Assembly (NCBI GenBank): GCA_963809895.1
Contig: CAWELD010000010.1
Coordinates: 1,024,001 to 1,088,000, forward strand
Direction: 5' to 3'
From: an uncultured Gemmatimonadales bacterium
Lineage (GTDB): Bacteria > Gemmatimonadota > Gemmatimonadetes > Longimicrobiales > Gaopeijiaceae
DNA length: 64,000 bases
Numbering within the stretch: the first letter of the stretch is position 1; every line of letters starts with the position of its first letter. Positions 59,253 to 64,000 of this stretch are shown here, piece after piece. The notes under the pieces are model-generated. The model made no database searches. It worked only from the letters and a program-made list of their open reading frames with translations, and was not told the DNA's origin. The position numbers and the translations under genes are program-made.

Positions 59253-59531
59253 CTAGAGGGGTGTTGAAGAAGTGGGGTGCGGCCGCGCGCCAGGGTCTTG
59301 CGGGTGTCAGGGTAGGAAGAGTGGCGAAAGCGATGCCGTAGCATCGGTGAGTCGCTCTGACGACGCCTGATGCCGCAACCCCCTGGCGCCCGGAGGGTTG
59401 GGGCGGCATGGCCCCATCTTCGTCGTTGGCACGGCTCGACGTAGCTTTGGCTATGCCTTCGCCGCACCGCCTAGAATCTGGGGCCATGGCGCTCCCAACG
59501 CGGCTCGCCCCACTTCTTCAACACCCTCTAG
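59253..59531. mobile_element. MITE-like element 2 (~280 bp), CTAG at both ends
   Basis: CTAGAGGGGTGTTGAAGAAGTGGGG ... CCCCACTTCTTCAACACCCTCTAG; its internal ~110 bp is homologous to element 1. Confidence 0.82.
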
Positions 59532-59565
59532 CGGGACGGGGGAGGCCGGGCCCAGACTGCCTGCC

Positions 59566-60651
59566 ATGCCCGGCGCCTCCCGCATTCCCGTCATCGACGG
59601 CCACAACGACACGCTCACGCGCATCCGGCGTGATCCCGAGGAGGGGCGCCGGAGTTTTCTCGAGCGCAGCGGCGAAGGACACATCGATCTGCCACGCGCG
59701 TTGGACGGTGGTTTGGCCGCGGGCTTCTTCGCCATTTTCACGGAGACCCCAGGCTACGAGCGGAGCCTCCAGCCGGTGCTGGACGAGTCCGGCACGCCGG
59801 TGGAGGGCAGCTACCGGGTGCCGCTGCCACGGCGCCTCCGCCGCATGGGGGCGCTGCGGAACGTCCTGGCGGTGATGTCGGATCTCTTTCGCCTCGAGCG
59901 GGCGTCGGGGGGGCAGGTGGCGGTCGTGCGCAGCGCCGCGGAGCTGGCAGCATGCATGGACGAGGGTCGGCTGGCCGCCATCCTCCACATCGAGGGCGCC
60001 GAGGCCGTGGACACCCGATTGGAGGCGCTGGACGTCTTCCATGCCGCGGGGCTGCGCTCACTGGGGCCGGTGTGGAGCCGCCCCAACGCGTTCGCGCACG
60101 GCGTGCCGTTCGACTTCCCCTCGGGACCCGACACGGGGCCGGGCCTCACCGCCGCCGGCCGCCGCCTGGTCCGAGCGTGCAACCGGCTGGGGATCCTGGT
60201 GGACCTGTCCCACCTGAACCAGGCCGGCTTCCAGGACGTGGCCGGGCTGTCGGACGCGCCGCTGGTGGCGACCCATTCGTGTGCCCACGCGCTGTGTCCG
60301 TCGCCCCGGAATCTCACCGATGCGCAGTTGGACACCATCGCAGCCAGCGGTGGCATCGTCGGGGTGAACTTCCACAAGGGCTTTCTGCGTGCCGACGGCG
60401 ACCCCGAGGCCGAGACCTCGCTCACCGAGATCGTTCGCCACGCGCGCTACATGGCGGATCGCATGGGCGTCGAGCACGTGGGGCTGGGCTCGGACTTCGA
60501 CGGAGCGCGCATGCCCGAAGACCTGGGCGACGTCACCGGACTGCCGCGGCTCCTCCATGCGCTGTCGGACGCCGGGTTCGACGAAGACGACGTGGAGGCC
60601 ATCGCACACGGGAACTGGCAGCGGGTGCTGGCGGAGACCTGGGGCGGCTGA
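59566..60651 (+). CDS. M19 membrane-dipeptidase family
   Basis: IDGHND, HIDLPR, HIEGAE, VDLSH, ATHS, RNLTD, GSDFDG, GNWQRV. Confidence 0.94.
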   Translation: MPGASRIPVIDGHNDTLTRIRRDPEEGRRSFLERSGEGHIDLPRALDGGLAAGFFAIFTETPGYERSLQPVLDESGTPVEGSYRVPLPRRLRRMGALRNVLAVMSDLFRLERASGGQVAVVRSAAELAACMDEGRLAAILHIEGAEAVDTRLEALDVFHAAGLRSLGPVWSRPNAFAHGVPFDFPSGPDTGPGLTAAGRRLVRACNRLGILVDLSHLNQAGFQDVAGLSDAPLVATHSCAHALCPSPRNLTDAQLDTIAASGGIVGVNFHKGFLRADGDPEAETSLTEIVRHARYMADRMGVEHVGLGSDFDGARMPEDLGDVTGLPRLLHALSDAGFDEDDVEAIAHGNWQRVLAETWGG

Positions 60652-60692
60652 AGGGCTGTGGGGGGCGAACCCAGCGCCGCGGCCTGGCCTGG

Positions 60693-62041
60693 CTAGGAGC
60701 CCTGGGCCTGTTCCGAGAGGATGCGTCGCGCGGCGGCCGCGGCGGCGGCTGCCCCCTGCTCGTTCACCTGCCAGTCGGCGTGGCGAAGGAGTTCCACCAC
60801 CAGATAGGGCGGCACCGGCGCCAGATCCACTCGGCGCGCCATGACGGCCTCCATGTAGGCCTTCACCAGGCCACCGGGGTCGTCTCGGGCTCCAAGCTGG
60901 GGTTGTCCCCCGCTCACGCCGAGCCCCATGCCCGACCACAAGGTCTCCAGCGCCCGGACATAGTCCGACCTCACCTGGTCCCGCTCCGCGCCGGTGAGCT
61001 CCAGGCCCTCCTCCTCTACACGTCGCCAGAGGATCTCCTGGCGCGACACGTCCTGCACCACCGACGCGAGCTGGGCGGGCTGCGCCGACGCCAGACGAGC
61101 CAGGCTCGCCGCCGGCAGGACCACGAGATAGCGAGCCAGCACACTGTCGTCGACGCTGCCGTCCCGATATCGCGAGACCACCGCTCCGTCGCGCAGCGCG
61201 CTCCAGGGATCCCTCGCCACCGTGCGGGCCTGGCTGTCCCAGCCATCGGCCAACGTCAACTTGCGGCGCTGGACGAGGGCCCGGATGCTGTCCGCACGCG
61301 CCGCCGCATCGCGCCGAGATGCCAGCCTGGCCGCGAAGATCGGCCGTACCTCCTCGAGGCGGGGACGATAGAGGATGTGAAAGCCCTGGCGGCCCTCCAC
61401 GACCTTCGAGATGTCGCCGGGACGCAGGTTGAAGACGGTGGCTTCCAGCGACGGGTCGAGCTCACCTCGCCCCACGAGGCCAATGAGCCCGTTGCGGTTC
61501 CTGGTCTCCGGATCCTGGCTCTGGGCCACCGCTTCTGACCAGCTGCCTCCGGCGCTCAGGGAGTCCCGGATGCGCTGCGCCTCCAGGCGCTGACGTTCGC
61601 GCTCCTCTGAGTCGGCTCCCGCGGACACGGCGCGGAGCACCTGAGCCACGAGCCGCAGCTCGCCGCTCTCGTAGGTCCGGGCGACGTCGGCCGGGGTCGG
61701 TTCCGGAACGTCCGTGCGAGCCGCCAGATAGCGGTTGGCGAGCAGTCGACGGCGCTCGGGCCAGGCGACCTTCTCGATGAGGCCCGGCGACGTCAGCGAG
61801 TCCCCCGGGCGAGCGCCTGGACCACGGCCGTCACCTCGACCCAATGGCGCGCGAGTCCGTGGGCGGTGGCGCTGTCCAGGGGTAGTGGCTGGCCCAGGAC
61901 CATCCAGTGGGCCAGCGCGTCGACCGTCAACGTGCGCCCATCGATCCGCGCTGCGGGTGGCGCGTCCGACGGCGCTCGACAGCCCGCCAGGCACGAGAGC
62001 GCAAGGAGTCCCGCTGCGAGTTTCGCGGGCGCTAGTCGCAT
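60693..62041 (-). CDS. Parvulin-type PPIase lipoprotein (PrsA/SurA-like), split by a -1 indel at about 61802-61806
   Basis: Lipobox LAGC after ATG 62041; SQD..T..NG.IG, LRPGDIS.VVE..GFHIL in the next frame. Confidence 0.8.
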
Positions 62042-62230
62042 CGGAGGACTCCCATGAACACGCTCCTCTGGGAGGGCAGGGGGGTGGACCCATTGAAAGG
62101 CGCGCCCCATCGCTCGGCGAAGGGACAATGTATGGGCCGGGGCCGAGGACGACGAGTGTGGCCCTTGCGGTGCGGGGCACCGGGCGTCACTCATTGGCCC
62201 CTCCGTCGCATCTCTTCCCGAGCGATCCAC

Positions 62231-63586
62231 ATGACCCCATCGCGCCTGCAACGGTTTGTCCTGATCACCCTGATTGCCGGGCGCATTGTCGTTCATGCGG
62301 GGCCAGGCCCAGACCACGCGCAGCTCGACGCTGGCCTCGCTGGACTCCCTGGTGGGAGACACGCTGGACACGGCCTCCTTCTGGCGACGCGTCGAGGATG
62401 CCGGCTCGCCCCTCGTGGAGCCTTGTCAGCACCGATTCGGTGCTGGTGACCTTCCTGTGGCGGGGAGGACCGGAGACCCGGAACGTGGCCGTCTTCGGCG
62501 CGCTCACCGGATGGTTGGCGCCCGCCAACCTGATGGAGCGGCTCCCCCGTACCGATGTCTGGTACCGGAGCGTGGCGGCGAGCGCTCGCGTGCGCTTCAC
62601 CTACCGGCTGTCGGAGAACGACAACCTGCGCACGTACTGGGAGGATCCGGACTTCGCCCAGCGGAGCGCCGGCTTCCGTCCGGACCCGCTGAATCCGGAC
62701 ACGGTACCGTTGAACCCCGCGCAGGAGGCATCGCACTTCACCGGCCCCGGCTTCGTGTCGAACCGCTGGACGCCCGTGCGCACTCCCAAGGGCGGGCCAC
62801 CGCGACTCTCTGTCGCTGTCGGGCCGGCTGGTGGTCGTGTACCTGCCACCGGCTGCCGAGGTGGCCGATGAGGTCGGGCTCGTGGTGGCGCTGGACGGCG
62901 GCGCGTACGATGCGCTGGTTTCGACGCCGGCCACGGTCGAGGCGCTGACCGATGAGGGTGCGATTCCGCCCGCGATCGCCGTCATGGTCCACAGCGCGGA
63001 CAGGAACAGGGAGCTGCCGCCCAACCGGGCCTTCACGTCGTTCGTGGCCGATACGTTGCTTCCGGCGCTCAGGGCGCGGTATCCGGTGTCCGGAGATCCT
63101 GCGCGCAACGTCATCGTCGGCTCCAGTCTCGGAGGCCTGGCCGCCGCCTGGCTCGGGTACCGGCTGCCGTCGGTTTTCGGCAACGTCGTCGCCCAGTCGG
63201 GGGCGTACTGGTGGTCGCCTCCGGGAGGTGACGGCGCTCCCTGGCTGCCCTGGCGCTACGCCGTCGGCGAGGTCGAGCCTCTGCGGCTCTGGGTCGAGGC
63301 CGGAGCCCTCGAGACCCAGCCCGTACGGGGCGGGGTCAGCATGCTGCGCCTGACGCAGCACTTTCGCGACGTGCTGTGCGCGCGGGGCTACGAGGTGAGC
63401 TATTCCACCTTCCCGGGCGGGCACGAGTACGAGAATTGGCGTGCCACGTTGCCGCAGGCACTCACCTGGATCTTCAGCGGTGAGCCCGGCGACAGCGGGA
63501 CGCGCTGCGGTCGGTCCGGCACCGAGGATGAACGGCAGGGTCGTGGGGTGGGATCAGGTTCCGGTGGGCCGTGCGGTACGACGTGA
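62231..63586 (+). CDS. Fes/enterochelin-esterase-like alpha/beta hydrolase with about three frameshifts (artefact or pseudogene)
   Basis: FW..V...GSPLVE, VTFLWRG, MERLPRTDVWY, DPLNP, VYLPP, LDG, GSSLGG, QSGAYWW and GGHE are spread over successive frames. Confidence 0.75.
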
Positions 63587-64000
63587 CGGAGGTCAGCGTC
63601 CAGGCGCCGTTCCGTCTCTCCCAGGTCTCGGTCCAGGCGAACTCGGTTTCGGCCTGGACCGCGGGGCCGCCCTCCGCGGTCGTCTCGGTACGTACGAGCT
63701 TGTGCACCCAGACCACGGCCATGCGTCCGTCGGGCGAGAGGTGGATCTCGGGGGGCGTGAGGTCGTCCCAGGCCAGCAGTGTCGAGCGCTGAAAATAGCC
63801 GCGGAAGCGCTCCAGGCTCTCGGCCCGCGTCGGGTGGGTGATGCGACCGTCCTGGACGCTCACGAAGTCGTCGGCGAAGAGCGACACGAGGAGCTCGGCG
63901 TCACCGTTCATGTGCGCGGCGCGCTCCGTCGCCTGCAGCTCGAGGATCTCCGCTCTGGCCGCAGCCGGTGCTCGGGCGGCCGCCGAGGGCCGCTGCGGAC
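63474..64000 (-). CDS. NTF2-like/DUF4440 protein, 5'-truncated by the window end; 3' end uncertain
   Basis: AH..GDA..L..LFADDF, IHLSPDG.MA, AWTETWERRNGAW; the frame is open to the window edge. Confidence 0.75.
   Translation of the reverse strand, partial: PQRPSAAARAPAAARAEILELQATERAAHMNGDAELLVSLFADDFVSVQDGRITHPTRAESLERFRGYFQRSTLLAWDDLTPPEIHLSPDGRMAVVWVHKLVRTETTAEGGPAVQAETEFAWTETWERRNGAWTLTSVTSYRTAHRNLIPPHDPAVHPRCRTDRSASRCRRAHR

Noticed and set aside
1..64000. CRISPR array, tRNA/rRNA, transposase, reverse transcriptase, prophage or defence genes
   Set aside because: No spaced direct repeats, cloverleafs or diagnostic protein motifs were seen by eye; a tool-based scan was not possible.

Overview
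High-GC (about 70% by eye) bacterial chromosomal segment with dense coding and no rRNA, tRNA, CRISPR array or transposase. The gene content (ADOP permease, two VPS10/BNR-repeat secreted proteins, Ser/Thr kinase-TPR, DUF5916, Gld-like ABC) suggests Gemmatimonadota or a similar lineage; this is inference only. Main modules: (1) a translationally coupled sulfur-trafficking operon (secreted rhodanese, two YeeE/YedE halves, a Cys-less rhodanese with a C-terminal GCG tail, a MOCOS/ABA3-like PLP enzyme) running into a NatAB-type ABC exporter; (2) csoR-copZ-copA with its operator; (3) iorAB plus an ADP-forming acyl-CoA synthetase; (4) a thiol-redox cluster. The most notable signals are invisible in the ORF track: a probable secreted selenocysteine peroxiredoxin (39726-40313; in-frame TGA at the catalytic Cys position, followed by a SECIS-like hairpin) facing tlpA/ccdA-like genes; a ~210-nt candidate structured ncRNA with its own promoter (22152-21942, minus); and two related CTAG-anchored MITE-like elements, each with two oppositely oriented copies of a covarying structured module. 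At least seven single-base indels in short homopolymers split five ordinary genes and are probably long-read consensus errors.
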